This document shows, piece after piece, positions 10,559-20,829 of a DNA stretch of 64,000 nt (position 1 is the first letter of the stretch; each line of letters starts with the position of its first letter). This DNA is from a candidate division WOR-3 bacterium (GTDB lineage Bacteria; Hydrothermota; 32-111). Position numbers and translations under genes: made by a program. The stretch spans positions 96,001-160,000 of the forward strand of contig JBBFKX010000002.1 in NCBI GenBank assembly GCA_037481815.1, given 5' to 3'. The notes under the pieces were generated by a model. That model did not search any database, had not been told where the DNA came from, and worked only from the letters and a program-made list of their open reading frames with translations.

Positions 10559-11827
10559 TTATTCTCCATTTTTAATCTCATTTAAAATATTTTCCAGATC
10601 CAATGGAATCTCTTTCTGAACTCCATTTTTCATGTTTTTCAAAGATACCTTTCCCCTTGACATTTCTTCCTCTCCAAAAATTAAGACATATTTTGCTTTC
10701 TTCTTCGAAGCCAAACTTAAAAGTTTGTTTATTCTTCCCTCATTAAAAGATATCTCTGATCTTAAACCTTTTTCTCTCAATTTTTTTAAAATGTTCACTC
10801 CTTTTTTATAAGTATCTTTTCCAAAATGAATGATAAAAACTTCCAAAGAATTTTCTTCTATTATTTTTTCTTTTACTTCCTGTGGAATTGATAGTATCAA
10901 TCTTTCAACACCACCTGCAAAACCAACACCAACAATTTCCTTTTTAAATATACAATCTTTTTTATATCTGTATCTTCCCCCGCCTATCAATGTTGATTGG
11001 GAACCCAATTTCCCGCCTATCTCAACAAACTCGAACACATTTTTTTCATAATAGTCAAGACCTCTGACAATGTTTGAATCAACCACAAATTCAATTCCGT
11101 TTGTTGTGAGATAATTTTTTAGTTCTTCAAAATCTTTTCTACAATCTTCACATAAATTATCTATAATCTTAGGACCTTTTGATGTAACATTTTTACATTT
11201 TTCATTTTTACAATCGAATACTCTTAAAGGATTCGTTTCGATTCTCCTTTTACAATCTTCACATAGATTATCTTTTTCATTTCTTAAAAAATTTTTAAGA
11301 ATCTCAAGATAAGGTTGTCTACATGTTTCACACCCTATGTTGTTCAAATTAAGAGAATGCTCAACTTTGAAACTCGTTAAAATATTTTTAGCTAACAAAA
11401 TAACTTCACCATCCCTCTCACTTTTAAAACTACCTATAGATTCACATCCATATTGATAAAATTCCCTTAACCTTCCCTTCTGAGGTCTTTCATGTCTGAA
11501 AATTTTTGTAAAATAGAAAAATTTTGTAAAAACCGAAGAATCCAGAATGTTTTTTTCAGATAGCCCAGAGATAAGCGGTGCTGTTTCCTCAGCCTTCAAA
11601 ACTATTTTCTGTGAAGACGAGACAACTTCAAACATCTCTTTTTTAACTATATCACTTTCAACACCTATGGCTCTTTTAAATATCTCTTCAGGTTGAAGTA
11701 TGGATGATTCAACAAATGTATAACCAAAACAAACGAAAATATTTTCTATGGTTTTCTTTAAACCATAGAAAAGCAAAGATTCTTCTGGTAGAACATCATA
11801 AGTTCCCTTAATCTTTTCAAATCCCAT
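10559..11827 (-). CDS. hisS: Histidine--tRNA ligase
   Basis: FRHERPQKGRLREFYQ, VRGLDYY, GGGRY, GVERL. Confidence 0.96.
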   Translation of the reverse strand: MGFEKIKGTYDVLPEESLLFYGLKKTIENIFVCFGYTFVESSILQPEEIFKRAIGVESDIVKKEMFEVVSSSQKIVLKAEETAPLISGLSEKNILDSSVFTKFFYFTKIFRHERPQKGRLREFYQYGCESIGSFKSERDGEVILLAKNILTSFKVEHSLNLNNIGCETCRQPYLEILKNFLRNEKDNLCEDCKRRIETNPLRVFDCKNEKCKNVTSKGPKIIDNLCEDCRKDFEELKNYLTTNGIEFVVDSNIVRGLDYYEKNVFEFVEIGGKLGSQSTLIGGGRYRYKKDCIFKKEIVGVGFAGGVERLILSIPQEVKEKIIEENSLEVFIIHFGKDTYKKGVNILKKLREKGLRSEISFNEGRINKLLSLASKKKAKYVLIFGEEEMSRGKVSLKNMKNGVQKEIPLDLENILNEIKNGE

Positions 11828-12269
11828 CTGTCCTCATCTTTCTATCTTTCAGTATCATATACAACAAAAGAACTCCCGATATATTTGCAAACAGATCGAA
11901 CAGAGAGCAACCTCTGTTTTTCAAAAAAATCTGATGTAGTTCATCAAACATTCCTATCAAAAATACTGCTAAAAAGGTCAACCTTATGTTGAAAGAAAAA
12001 CTTTTTTTCAAATCTTTTTTCGCAGCCCAGAAAACTAAAGTTGCTAAAATTAAATATTGAAGAAAATGGTAAATCTTGTCAAGATTCAACGCAACGATTT
12101 TATAAAAAATTCCTTCTTTTGCAATAAAGAATTTTTTTAAGTTAAAGAACAACCTTTTTAAAAAATTCCCCTGATCAAATTCATCGTTAAAATTCAGAGA
12201 CCCTACGATAAATATAAATATTGTCCATAAGGATGGAGGTGACCAATACAGAATTCTTTTAAGTTTCAA
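11817..12269 (-). CDS. VanZ family membrane protein
   Basis: DKIYHF..Y, DELHQ.F..NR, DL.AN. Confidence 0.82.
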   Translation of the reverse strand: MKLKRILYWSPPSLWTIFIFIVGSLNFNDEFDQGNFLKRLFFNLKKFFIAKEGIFYKIVALNLDKIYHFLQYLILATLVFWAAKKDLKKSFSFNIRLTFLAVFLIGMFDELHQIFLKNRGCSLFDLFANISGVLLLYMILKDRKMRTDGI

Positions 12270-12711
12270 GATCTTTTAATTCCTTTTCAAAAATCTCTTG
12301 TATTTCGATTTCATCCTTTGACCCGAAAACCTTTTGTTTAAAACTTTTCGACGATAATAATCTTTTTAGATACCCTAAAAGTTCAAGATATCTATTTTTC
12401 AAATTTGAAGGGAATGAAATGATGAACAAAAGTTTTATTGAATCGTTCTCATTTAAGTTGATCCCTTTTTCAGAAAATCCTATAAAAATTTTTATACACT
12501 CTATTTTTTCATCTTCATCCTTGAAAAAAATTGTTTCATCGAACACAAGTGGAAATGAAAAAATCTGCTCGTTTAAAATTTTTTTCTCTTTCTCATCTAA
12601 AATTTTGTCATCAAAAAATTTTTTCAAGAGAGTTTTTGGAAAATCTCTAACATCTTCGTTTTCAACTTTTTTAACAAGAATTTCAATTGGGTTCGCTTTA
12701 TTTTCGTTCAT
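12259..12711 (-). CDS. Degenerate PTS EIIA (Ntr/fructose-type)-like protein
   Basis: IGFS.KGI...KLLFII..P....YLELL..L.RL resembles the EIIA-2 C-terminal half; no histidine present. Confidence 0.55.
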   Translation of the reverse strand: MNENKANPIEILVKKVENEDVRDFPKTLLKKFFDDKILDEKEKKILNEQIFSFPLVFDETIFFKDEDEKIECIKIFIGFSEKGINLNENDSIKLLFIISFPSNLKNRYLELLGYLKRLLSSKSFKQKVFGSKDEIEIQEIFEKELKDLET

Positions 12712-14021
12712 AATATGTATTTTTTTCTGTCACCTGTTATAATTACTTCTTTGACTTTATTTCTAACAAAACCTGAATCGATCAAAACATTCTTAGGGTT
12801 GTAATCCTTTCCTTCAAACATTATATCTTCAAGAACTTTGTTAACTATTGTTCTCAACCTTCTTGCTCCTATATCTTCAAGTTTTTGGTTGTACTCTTCT
12901 GCGATAGATGAGATCAGTTCGATCGCATCATCAGAAAACTCTATATCAATTCCATCAACTTTCAAAAGGTTCTTATACTGTTTCAAAATAGAGTTATCAG
13001 GTTCTTTTAAAATTCTAACAAAATCATCTTTGCTCAACCTATCAAGTTCAACTCGAACAGGGAATCTTCCCTGAAGTTCGGGCATAAGATCCGAAACAGA
13101 ACTGTTCGAAAATGCTCCCGCTGCAATGAAAAGTATATGATCAGTTTTAACTGAACCAAATTTTGTCATAACTGTCGTTCCTTCAACTATTGGAAGTAAA
13201 TCCCTCTGAACACCACTTCTTGAAACATCAACGCCTGCTCCCCTTTCAGGAGCGATGATTTTATCTATCTCATCGATAAAAACAATTCCAAAATTTTCAA
13301 CTCTATCTTTTGCAACATCTATAACTTTTTCTTTATCTATCTTCTTGTTTATTTCCCTTTCTTTTATTATCTCTCTGGCATTTTTAACTTTTACTTTTTT
13401 TCTTTTTGTTCTTTTTGGTGAAATATCCTTTATAAATTCCTGAAAAGATTCCAAGGATTCAAGTCCTGGTACAGCAAAAATATCAAACATTGGTCTATCA
13501 CTTTCCTGTACATTAAGTTCGACCTCTCGGTCATCAAGAATTCCATCTCTATACATCTGTTGAAATTTTTTTCTCGAACTTTCCTCATAGGCCTCAATAC
13601 CAGGGAACACAAGATCGAGTATCTCGTTTTCAACAGTTTTTGCAACTTCATTTTCAAGATCATTATACATCTCTTTGAACACCATATCGTAACCAATATT
13701 CATAAGATCCCTTATGATCGACTCAACATCCTTTCCTACATATCCAATCTCTGTGAATTTCGTTGCTTCAACTTTTATGAAAGGTGCTTTCAAAATCATC
13801 GATAATCTTCTTGCGATCTCTGTTTTCCCAACTCCCGTAGGTCCAATCATGATAATATTACTCAAAAAAATGTCCTCTCTCAATTTTTCATCAACAAGTT
13901 TTCTTCTGATTCGGTTTCTAACAGCGATAGCGACCTGTTTTTTTGCTTCATCCTGTCCAACAATATATTTGTTCAACTCATTGACAATCTCTTTCGGGTT
14001 CAATTCTGTCTCTTTGATCAT
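12708..14021 (-). CDS. hslU: ATP-dependent protease ATPase subunit HslU
   Basis: GPTGVGKTEIARR, EATKFTEIGYVG, FIDEIDK, GARRL. Confidence 0.98.
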   Translation of the reverse strand: MIKETELNPKEIVNELNKYIVGQDEAKKQVAIAVRNRIRRKLVDEKLREDIFLSNIIMIGPTGVGKTEIARRLSMILKAPFIKVEATKFTEIGYVGKDVESIIRDLMNIGYDMVFKEMYNDLENEVAKTVENEILDLVFPGIEAYEESSRKKFQQMYRDGILDDREVELNVQESDRPMFDIFAVPGLESLESFQEFIKDISPKRTKRKKVKVKNAREIIKEREINKKIDKEKVIDVAKDRVENFGIVFIDEIDKIIAPERGAGVDVSRSGVQRDLLPIVEGTTVMTKFGSVKTDHILFIAAGAFSNSSVSDLMPELQGRFPVRVELDRLSKDDFVRILKEPDNSILKQYKNLLKVDGIDIEFSDDAIELISSIAEEYNQKLEDIGARRLRTIVNKVLEDIMFEGKDYNPKNVLIDSGFVRNKVKEVIITGDRKKYIL

Positions 14022-14548
14022 CTTAAAACCTCAACGGTTAAACTATCGTTTGTATAGATACAGATTTCTGAAACTATTTTCAACGAGTTTGTAACTATTT
14101 CTTCAGCGGAAAGATCTGAATACCTTACAAGTGCCCTCGCTGCAGCATAGGCATAAGCACTTCCCGAACCGATTGAAACTATACCATCATCAGGTTCTAT
14201 TATATCTCCTTTACCAGATATTATAAGGGAATGTTCTTTGTCCATAACAACAAGCATCGCTTCAAGTTGTCTTAAAATTTTATCCTGCCTCCATTCTTTG
14301 GTAAGATCGGTTGATGCCTTTATTATATCACCTTTTGAGTTCATCAGGTACCTTTCAAATTTATCAAACAATGTTAACGCATCAGCAACTGAACCTGCAA
14401 ATCCTGCAAGCACTTTACCTTCATAAAGTTTTTTCACTTTTCTTGCACCTTTTTTCACGATTGTTTCCCCAAGTGTGACCTGCCCATCCCCACCCATCAC
14501 CGTAATTCCATCTTTTCTTAATCCAAGTATCGTTGTTGATCTTAACAT
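14018..14548 (-). CDS. hslV: ATP-dependent protease peptidase subunit HslV
   Basis: STTI, GDGQVT, AGFAG..ADA, IGSGS, ICIYTN. Confidence 0.98.
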   Translation of the reverse strand: MLRSTTILGLRKDGITVMGGDGQVTLGETIVKKGARKVKKLYEGKVLAGFAGSVADALTLFDKFERYLMNSKGDIIKASTDLTKEWRQDKILRQLEAMLVVMDKEHSLIISGKGDIIEPDDGIVSIGSGSAYAYAAARALVRYSDLSAEEIVTNSLKIVSEICIYTNDSLTVEVLR

Positions 14549-14551
14549 TGA

Positions 14552-17002
14552 TCACTCCAGAAAATTGATTAAAGAATCAATTCTTGTTTGCAATTTCAAA
14601 AAAGAAAAGTTTTCAAAAACTCTTTTCTTCAAAATCTCAACTAGATCCTTTTTCTCCTTATAAAAAATTATCATAAAAATTAACAGTTCAGTTTTCGTTA
14701 AAATATTCTTACCGGGACTGATACCCGATAATTTTATCAGAAACTTCTCCAGTTTCTCTGTACTAAGTTCCTGTTTATGTTTAACTACCAAATTGATAGT
14801 TAAATTTTCTAACTTATTAATTATATCATTTTTATTTAAATAATCAAGTTTTGTAGAAGGCCAAAGACCTGATAAAATATCAAGTTTTACCTTGTGAAAC
14901 ACTATATGATCGGGGATTTTATCCTTTACCGAAAAGGTTTTAAGGAGTTCATTTAAATAGTATTTAGATTTTTCAAAATCGAAAAGATTAAAATAAAGAT
15001 GTGACAGATTGTTAAGGATCCTTCTTTTCAAACCGATATTCGTCTGTACGAGAGTTCCTGCAAGAAGTGAAGAAAAGATATCAAGAGATGTTGAAAAGTC
15101 ACCGATTTTAGAATATAGAACAGCAAGGTTGAGATATAAACTCTGCAAAGCATTTTCCATATTCGAATATTTAAAAATTTCAAGCGCCCTGTTATAATTT
15201 TCCAAAGAGAGTTCAAAGTTCTCCATATCATCATAGAGTATACCTAAACTCATATAAACTTTACCCAAATCTCCGATAAAATTGTTGTTTCTACAACTTC
15301 TTTTACATCTTTCAAGATAATATTCTGCTGCTTTATAATCCTCAATCATAATGTTGAAGTTTCCTACGAGAAAATCGTAGGTCATCTTTTGTCTGTTATC
15401 AAGATTTTCATAATCAATTCTGTTCATAAAATTTTTGAACTGTTTCAGTTCAAGATTGTTATAGAGAAAACTCAGATAAAACAATTTCTGTGTATTCGAT
15501 TTACACATTTTTGAATTGATCTTTTTCCCTCTTATAAGATCAAGCATTATTTTTATGTTTGTCTTTTCCTCTTCATCTTTAATTTTTTGAGAATAGATCT
15601 CTGCTCCATTTATGTTCCCTTCAGAAATAAAAATTTTAGTCATAATCACAAGTTTTTTTTCATTTTCACTTTTTATTCGCTCGATCATTTTTCTGGAAAG
15701 TATATTGTCTCCATAATAGTATAACTTTTCAGACACTTTCAAAAGATTTTTATCCTCTCCCTTCAAGAGTCCAAATTTTAAATCTTCAAAGGTCTTTAAA
15801 GTTTCAGGACATTTTAATTTCACTCCATATTTTTTTGAAAGATAAAAATACAATGGAGGATACAGATATCTATAGTAACCTTTGATATTCTTCAAAACCA
15901 ACCTGTTTGAAAGATATTCTAAAATTTTCAAATCATTTTTACTTTTTATTTTACCAGAATCAATAACGAGTCCATGCTTTAAAATGTTTTCCAACTTTGA
16001 TTCCAAGTTTTGAGTTAATTCAAAATCATCATTTAAAAATTCATTGAGATCAAAATCAAAAAATTCTTTCTTTTCTTTTATAAATTTTGATACAAGGAAT
16101 CTATTTCCACTTGTAATATCAAAAAGAAAATTCAACAAAAAAATCGATTTCTCTTTCAAAAATAGTTCTAAATTTCTTGATATCTCTTCAAGGTAAAGGT
16201 TCTCTATAGTGAATTCCCTGAAATCTGATTTTTTTAAAATATTTAACACTCTATTCAAATCTTTATTTTCCTCGATGAACAATGGATTATAGAAAAAACA
16301 GACATTTTTTTCTGGTATATTATCAACATATCTATCAAAAACAAAAAAACAAAAGTTTTTATATTCTTTTTCAAGAACATTTTTTAAATATGTTTTCCCA
16401 GATCTGAACCCACCTTTTATTATTACATTTTTCCCTTCATTCAAACATTTCCTTATTTCCCTTTCACATACAAAAGGTATTTTTATTTCTCCGATTCTGT
16501 TCTTTTCAAATACAGTTATGCAGTTTTTTCCTTTTTCTTTTGAAGAGTACAACGCGTTATCAGCATTTTCAAGAACGCTTTCAATATTTTCAACATCACC
16601 TTCTGCTACTCCAAAAGAAAGTGTTATCCTTATCATATTGTTGTTAAAGATTATAGGATTCTTTTCAATTCTTTCTTTGAAGTTTTCAAGAACTTTTATA
16701 AAATCTTCTTTTGTCTTCAAAGAGGATATTAGTATAAACTCATCCCCACCATATCTTATAGGGAAATCTCCCCGTGATGAAAATTCTGTAAGTATTTCTG
16801 AAACTTTTTTGATAACAAAATCTCCCGCCTGATGCCCATAAATATCATTTATACTTTTAAAATCATCTATATCAAATATGGTGAAAACGATTTTATCTGA
16901 AAGGAATTTTTTTAAATTGTTAAAAAATCTTTTATTGAAAATACCCGTTAGATCGTCATAATATACAAGTTCTAATCCCTTTAACTTCTCTTCCACTCCC
17001 AT
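14552..17002 (-). CDS. Diguanylate cyclase (GGDEF) with degenerate P-loop region and C-terminal TPRs
   Basis: DDLTG.FN, DIDDFK.INDIYGHQAGD, RYGGDEF; GGFRSGKT; TPR-like repeats. Confidence 0.88.
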   Translation of the reverse strand: MGVEEKLKGLELVYYDDLTGIFNKRFFNNLKKFLSDKIVFTIFDIDDFKSINDIYGHQAGDFVIKKVSEILTEFSSRGDFPIRYGGDEFILISSLKTKEDFIKVLENFKERIEKNPIIFNNNMIRITLSFGVAEGDVENIESVLENADNALYSSKEKGKNCITVFEKNRIGEIKIPFVCEREIRKCLNEGKNVIIKGGFRSGKTYLKNVLEKEYKNFCFFVFDRYVDNIPEKNVCFFYNPLFIEENKDLNRVLNILKKSDFREFTIENLYLEEISRNLELFLKEKSIFLLNFLFDITSGNRFLVSKFIKEKKEFFDFDLNEFLNDDFELTQNLESKLENILKHGLVIDSGKIKSKNDLKILEYLSNRLVLKNIKGYYRYLYPPLYFYLSKKYGVKLKCPETLKTFEDLKFGLLKGEDKNLLKVSEKLYYYGDNILSRKMIERIKSENEKKLVIMTKIFISEGNINGAEIYSQKIKDEEEKTNIKIMLDLIRGKKINSKMCKSNTQKLFYLSFLYNNLELKQFKNFMNRIDYENLDNRQKMTYDFLVGNFNIMIEDYKAAEYYLERCKRSCRNNNFIGDLGKVYMSLGILYDDMENFELSLENYNRALEIFKYSNMENALQSLYLNLAVLYSKIGDFSTSLDIFSSLLAGTLVQTNIGLKRRILNNLSHLYFNLFDFEKSKYYLNELLKTFSVKDKIPDHIVFHKVKLDILSGLWPSTKLDYLNKNDIINKLENLTINLVVKHKQELSTEKLEKFLIKLSGISPGKNILTKTELLIFMIIFYKEKKDLVEILKKRVFENFSFLKLQTRIDSLINFLE

Positions 17003-17009
17003 GTATAGT

Positions 17010-17037
17010 ATTATAAAATATTATGAAAAAAAGTCAA
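17010..17037 (-). promoter_or_regulatory. sigma70-type promoter for the GGDEF-hslVU operon
   Basis: Minus strand TTGACT (17037-17032), 16 nt, TATAAT (17015-17010). Confidence 0.75.
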
Positions 17038-17039
17038 TT

Positions 17040-19511
17040 TTAAATCTCTCCCCAGTTTTTGCCCTTTTTTATATTAACTTTTAGTATTCCATCAAAAGGT
17101 TCTATATCGATCATACACTTTTCACATATTTGAGAATACTTTTCAAACATATCCTCTTTCATCTCGAATATCAGTTCATCGTGAACGGTTAATATCAACA
17201 TTATATCGTTTTTACCTTTTATCTTTTGAAACACATTTTTTATTGCTATCTTCATAATATCGGCCGCTGTTCCTTGAATTGGTGTATTTATAGCCATCCT
17301 TTCACCACTCATCTTTACAGTTTTATTCTGGGAAAGTAATTCAGGTATATACCTATATCTTCCAAAATATGTTTTTACATAACCATCTTTTGATGCTTCT
17401 TTGATGGTTTTTTCAATCCATTCTTTTACTCCACTGTACTCCTCAAAATATCTGTTGATAAAAAGTTCTGCCTCTATTTTAGAAATACCCAGTTCCTGAC
17501 TTAAACCGTATGAGGTTTTTCCATAGAGAACAGAAAAATTCACGATCTTGGCTACACTTCTTTTCTTTTCATCTATATTTTTATAATCAACATTAAAAAT
17601 ATATCTTGCAGTTTCATTGTGTATGTCAACTCCTTCCTGAAAGGCTCTGTTTAGATTTTTATCTTTTGAAAGAAACGCAAGTACTCTTAATTCAATCTGG
17701 GAATAATCAAACGAAACGAGTATGTTGTTTCTGTCTCTAACAATAAAACCACTCCTGATTTCCGGAGGAACATTCTGTAAGTTTGGATTCCTCGAAGAAA
17801 ATCTACCGGTTGCTGCGTATGATTGTTCAAAAGTTGTATGAATAATATCACTTCTTTCTGCTAAGGATATTATAGGTAAAACATAACCTTTTAGAAGTTT
17901 TGAAAGTTCTCTGTGTCTAATCAATAGATCAACAACAGGATGTATACCTTTGAGTTGAACAAGAGTTTCATAATCTGTTGAAAATCCTGTCTTACCTTTC
18001 TTAACCGGTTTTAAATTCAATTTCTCAAAGAGTATTTCAGACACCTGCTTTGATGAATTTACATTGAAACCAATTCCTGTAACCTCAAAAATTTTTTTCT
18101 CGATTTTATATATTTCATTTTCTATGTTTTCATTTTCTTTTTTAAAAAAGTTTACATCTACCTTTATTCCATTTTTTTCCATCTCAACGATTGCAGGGAT
18201 AATTGGAATCTCTATATTTTGGTATACCTCATAATTCATATCATTCCTTGAATCATTTATAAATTTATCCTTTATAACCACGAATTTTGAGAGGAGTTCT
18301 TTTTTCGAAAGCCCTTCAAAATTTTTACCATAATATTCCTCAACAACTCTATTTATATTAGTACTTTTCATCTGTGTTTGCCTTAGTGTGTTTATGTCGA
18401 TTATTTCATTTTTACTCTCAAAATCTAAAAACTCAGAGAAATTCTTCAGATTATCAAAAATAAGTACTCGATTTGAAATCTTCAGTAGTTCTTTTAAACC
18501 TTCCTGTTTATTAGATTCAAAGATACCTTTACCTGAACCAAAAAGAATTTTGTCATGATCTTCAAAGATAACTATAGAATCATCTTTTAAAACTTCATCG
18601 ATAAAGAGCAGTTCGTTTATTTTTATATCTTCCTGTTCAACCTTTTCATCAAATGTTTTTAAAAGGGAAAAAATTTCATACTCTTTTAAAATGTTGTTTA
18701 TCTTTTTCGTATCTTTTTCTTTTACTTTCAGATCTTCCACTTCGATATTAAAATCAATATCATCCTTCAACTTTATCAATTCTCTATATTTTTTAAGATT
18801 ATCAATATTTTTTACCAACTTTTCTTTAAGTTTCTCATTTTTTAAGATATCGGGATTTCTGAAAAATTCATCGAGAGAATCTATTTCATGTAAAATCTTT
18901 TCAGCAGTTTTGGGGCCTATTCCCTCTATTCCAGGAACATTGTCTATGTTATCTCCAATAAGAGAAAAATAATCTATGATCTGTTCTTTTTTTATGTTCA
19001 GTTTCTTTTCAATACCCTTTTCGTCAAGTAGAGGGTATTCCCCATTCTCCTTTTTAGGGAACAAAATTTTTACTTTTTCATCAACAAGTTGTCCCATATC
19101 CTTATCACTTGTAACAATATAAATATTTTCAAAACTTTTGTAAAATTTTTTACATAAACTTGCTATCAGATCATCTGATTCAAAACCCTTTAATGACAGG
19201 ACATTAATTCCTAAACTTTTTACAATTTCATATATCACAGGGATCTGAGAGAGCAGCTCATCGGGGGCTTTTTCCCTATCGGCTTTGTATTCGGCATAAA
19301 GATTATGTCTGAATGTTGGTTCCTTCAAATCAATAGTACATGCGATATATTCAATCCTGTTGGAATTTAAAAGATCAAGTAAAAAACTTGTTGTTCCAAA
19401 GATTGCTGAAGTGTTTATTCCCTTTGAGTTTCTCAAAGGGTTTTTCATAAAAGCAAAAAAATTCCTATAGATGATGTTTGTAAGGTCAACAAGAAACAGT
19501 TCTTTTTTCAC
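17040..19511 (-). CDS. polA: DNA polymerase I
   Basis: 5'-3' exonuclease N-terminus; ATGRFSS.NPNLQN, DYSQIELR, TVHDEL. Confidence 0.97.
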   Translation of the reverse strand: MKKELFLVDLTNIIYRNFFAFMKNPLRNSKGINTSAIFGTTSFLLDLLNSNRIEYIACTIDLKEPTFRHNLYAEYKADREKAPDELLSQIPVIYEIVKSLGINVLSLKGFESDDLIASLCKKFYKSFENIYIVTSDKDMGQLVDEKVKILFPKKENGEYPLLDEKGIEKKLNIKKEQIIDYFSLIGDNIDNVPGIEGIGPKTAEKILHEIDSLDEFFRNPDILKNEKLKEKLVKNIDNLKKYRELIKLKDDIDFNIEVEDLKVKEKDTKKINNILKEYEIFSLLKTFDEKVEQEDIKINELLFIDEVLKDDSIVIFEDHDKILFGSGKGIFESNKQEGLKELLKISNRVLIFDNLKNFSEFLDFESKNEIIDINTLRQTQMKSTNINRVVEEYYGKNFEGLSKKELLSKFVVIKDKFINDSRNDMNYEVYQNIEIPIIPAIVEMEKNGIKVDVNFFKKENENIENEIYKIEKKIFEVTGIGFNVNSSKQVSEILFEKLNLKPVKKGKTGFSTDYETLVQLKGIHPVVDLLIRHRELSKLLKGYVLPIISLAERSDIIHTTFEQSYAATGRFSSRNPNLQNVPPEIRSGFIVRDRNNILVSFDYSQIELRVLAFLSKDKNLNRAFQEGVDIHNETARYIFNVDYKNIDEKKRSVAKIVNFSVLYGKTSYGLSQELGISKIEAELFINRYFEEYSGVKEWIEKTIKEASKDGYVKTYFGRYRYIPELLSQNKTVKMSGERMAINTPIQGTAADIMKIAIKNVFQKIKGKNDIMLILTVHDELIFEMKEDMFEKYSQICEKCMIDIEPFDGILKVNIKKGKNWGEI

Positions 19512-20080
19512 CTGTATAACCTTTCATTTATAATTATCTTTAAAACGTTATCAGGAACAAGACCGTTGACTCTAACACCTTCCTTTATAAGTTGTCTTAT
19601 CAACGAAGATGAAATTTGAATTATTGGATTATCTATGATAACAGCATCTTCAAAAAATTTTTTGTCAAAATCTGTTTTATCACAATACCTTCTTGTTATA
19701 ATAAAATTCGCATACCTTTTAAGTTCATCGTACCTGTGCCATTTTATTATGTTGGATGCCTCATCATCACCTATTATCAAAAAAAGTTCATCATCTTTAT
19801 AATCTTCCTTTAACCTTTTTAAAGTATATATTGTGTATGATGGTAATGGAAGTGAACTTTCAATATCTGAGACAACAACCTCCGAAAAGTTTCTGAACGC
19901 TTCTGTTGCCATAGCAAGGCGGATTCCGAAAGGTGTAGAGTACTCTTCTTTTAAAGGTTGTCTATAGGTTGGAATAACGATAATTTTATCAACATACCTT
20001 TTATCTAAAATGTACTGGACAGAAAAAATATGTCCTATATGAATAGGATCAAACCCTCCACCGAAAACACCTATTTTCAT
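19508..20080 (-). CDS. nadD: Nicotinate-nucleotide adenylyltransferase
   Basis: GGGFDPIHIGH, SYT..TL, ISSSLIR. Confidence 0.95.
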   Translation of the reverse strand: MKIGVFGGGFDPIHIGHIFSVQYILDKRYVDKIIVIPTYRQPLKEEYSTPFGIRLAMATEAFRNFSEVVVSDIESSLPLPSYTIYTLKRLKEDYKDDELFLIIGDDEASNIIKWHRYDELKRYANFIITRRYCDKTDFDKKFFEDAVIIDNPIIQISSSLIRQLIKEGVRVNGLVPDNVLKIIINERLYR

Positions 20081-20829
20081 AGGAATTTTGAGATTTTATC
20101 GATTATTTTTTTACTCTCTTTGAAATATTTGCTATTTTCACTAACTTTTTGTAATATTTCAAGAGATTTTTTATAATTTTTGTTCATAAACAATGCTCTT
20201 CCATAAGAAAAATAGTATCTGTCTTTTAGATCATTTCTAAGATTGTTTACATCAACCAACTCATAGTAGATTTCTGCTGACCTGTATTTTTTTCCTCTAT
20301 AATAAAAATCACCAGTATGTAACTTTTTTTCCTCGATCCGTGAAATTAAAAGATTCAACATGGAGTCGATCTCTTTACTTCTTTCATCATCATAATAACT
20401 CATTAAAAATTCTCTCATAACACCTATTGCTGAAAAGGTTAAACTCTGATCGAACTGATATGGTGGAGCGATTTTAAAATAGGAGATCGATAACTTATAG
20501 AGTGCATCCTTTTTCAGATTATAACTTTTGTAGTTTTTTATAAAATATTCAAATTCAACTATCGATTCGGTATAGGATCTTTTGTTGAAATATGAATCAG
20601 CAAGATAATACTGAGCAAGTTCAGTCTTTTTGTTTGCTGGATATGTGAAAATATATTTTTGAAAAAGATCTATAGATTTATCCCACTTTTTCTGCTCATA
20701 AAAATTAAATGCTCTGTTAAAAAGTTCTTCATCTGAAATATCGAGTTGTGTTAACTTTTCCCTTTTTGCACATGATATTGAGAACACAATTAAAAAAAAT
20801 AAAAATATAACAAAAAGATTTTTTCTCAT
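20077..20829 (-). CDS. bamD: Outer membrane protein assembly factor BamD
   Basis: Lipobox ISC; TPRs; PPYQFDQS.T and FYYR.KKY.SA. Confidence 0.85.
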   Translation of the reverse strand: MRKNLFVIFLFFLIVFSISCAKREKLTQLDISDEELFNRAFNFYEQKKWDKSIDLFQKYIFTYPANKKTELAQYYLADSYFNKRSYTESIVEFEYFIKNYKSYNLKKDALYKLSISYFKIAPPYQFDQSLTFSAIGVMREFLMSYYDDERSKEIDSMLNLLISRIEEKKLHTGDFYYRGKKYRSAEIYYELVDVNNLRNDLKDRYYFSYGRALFMNKNYKKSLEILQKVSENSKYFKESKKIIDKISKFL

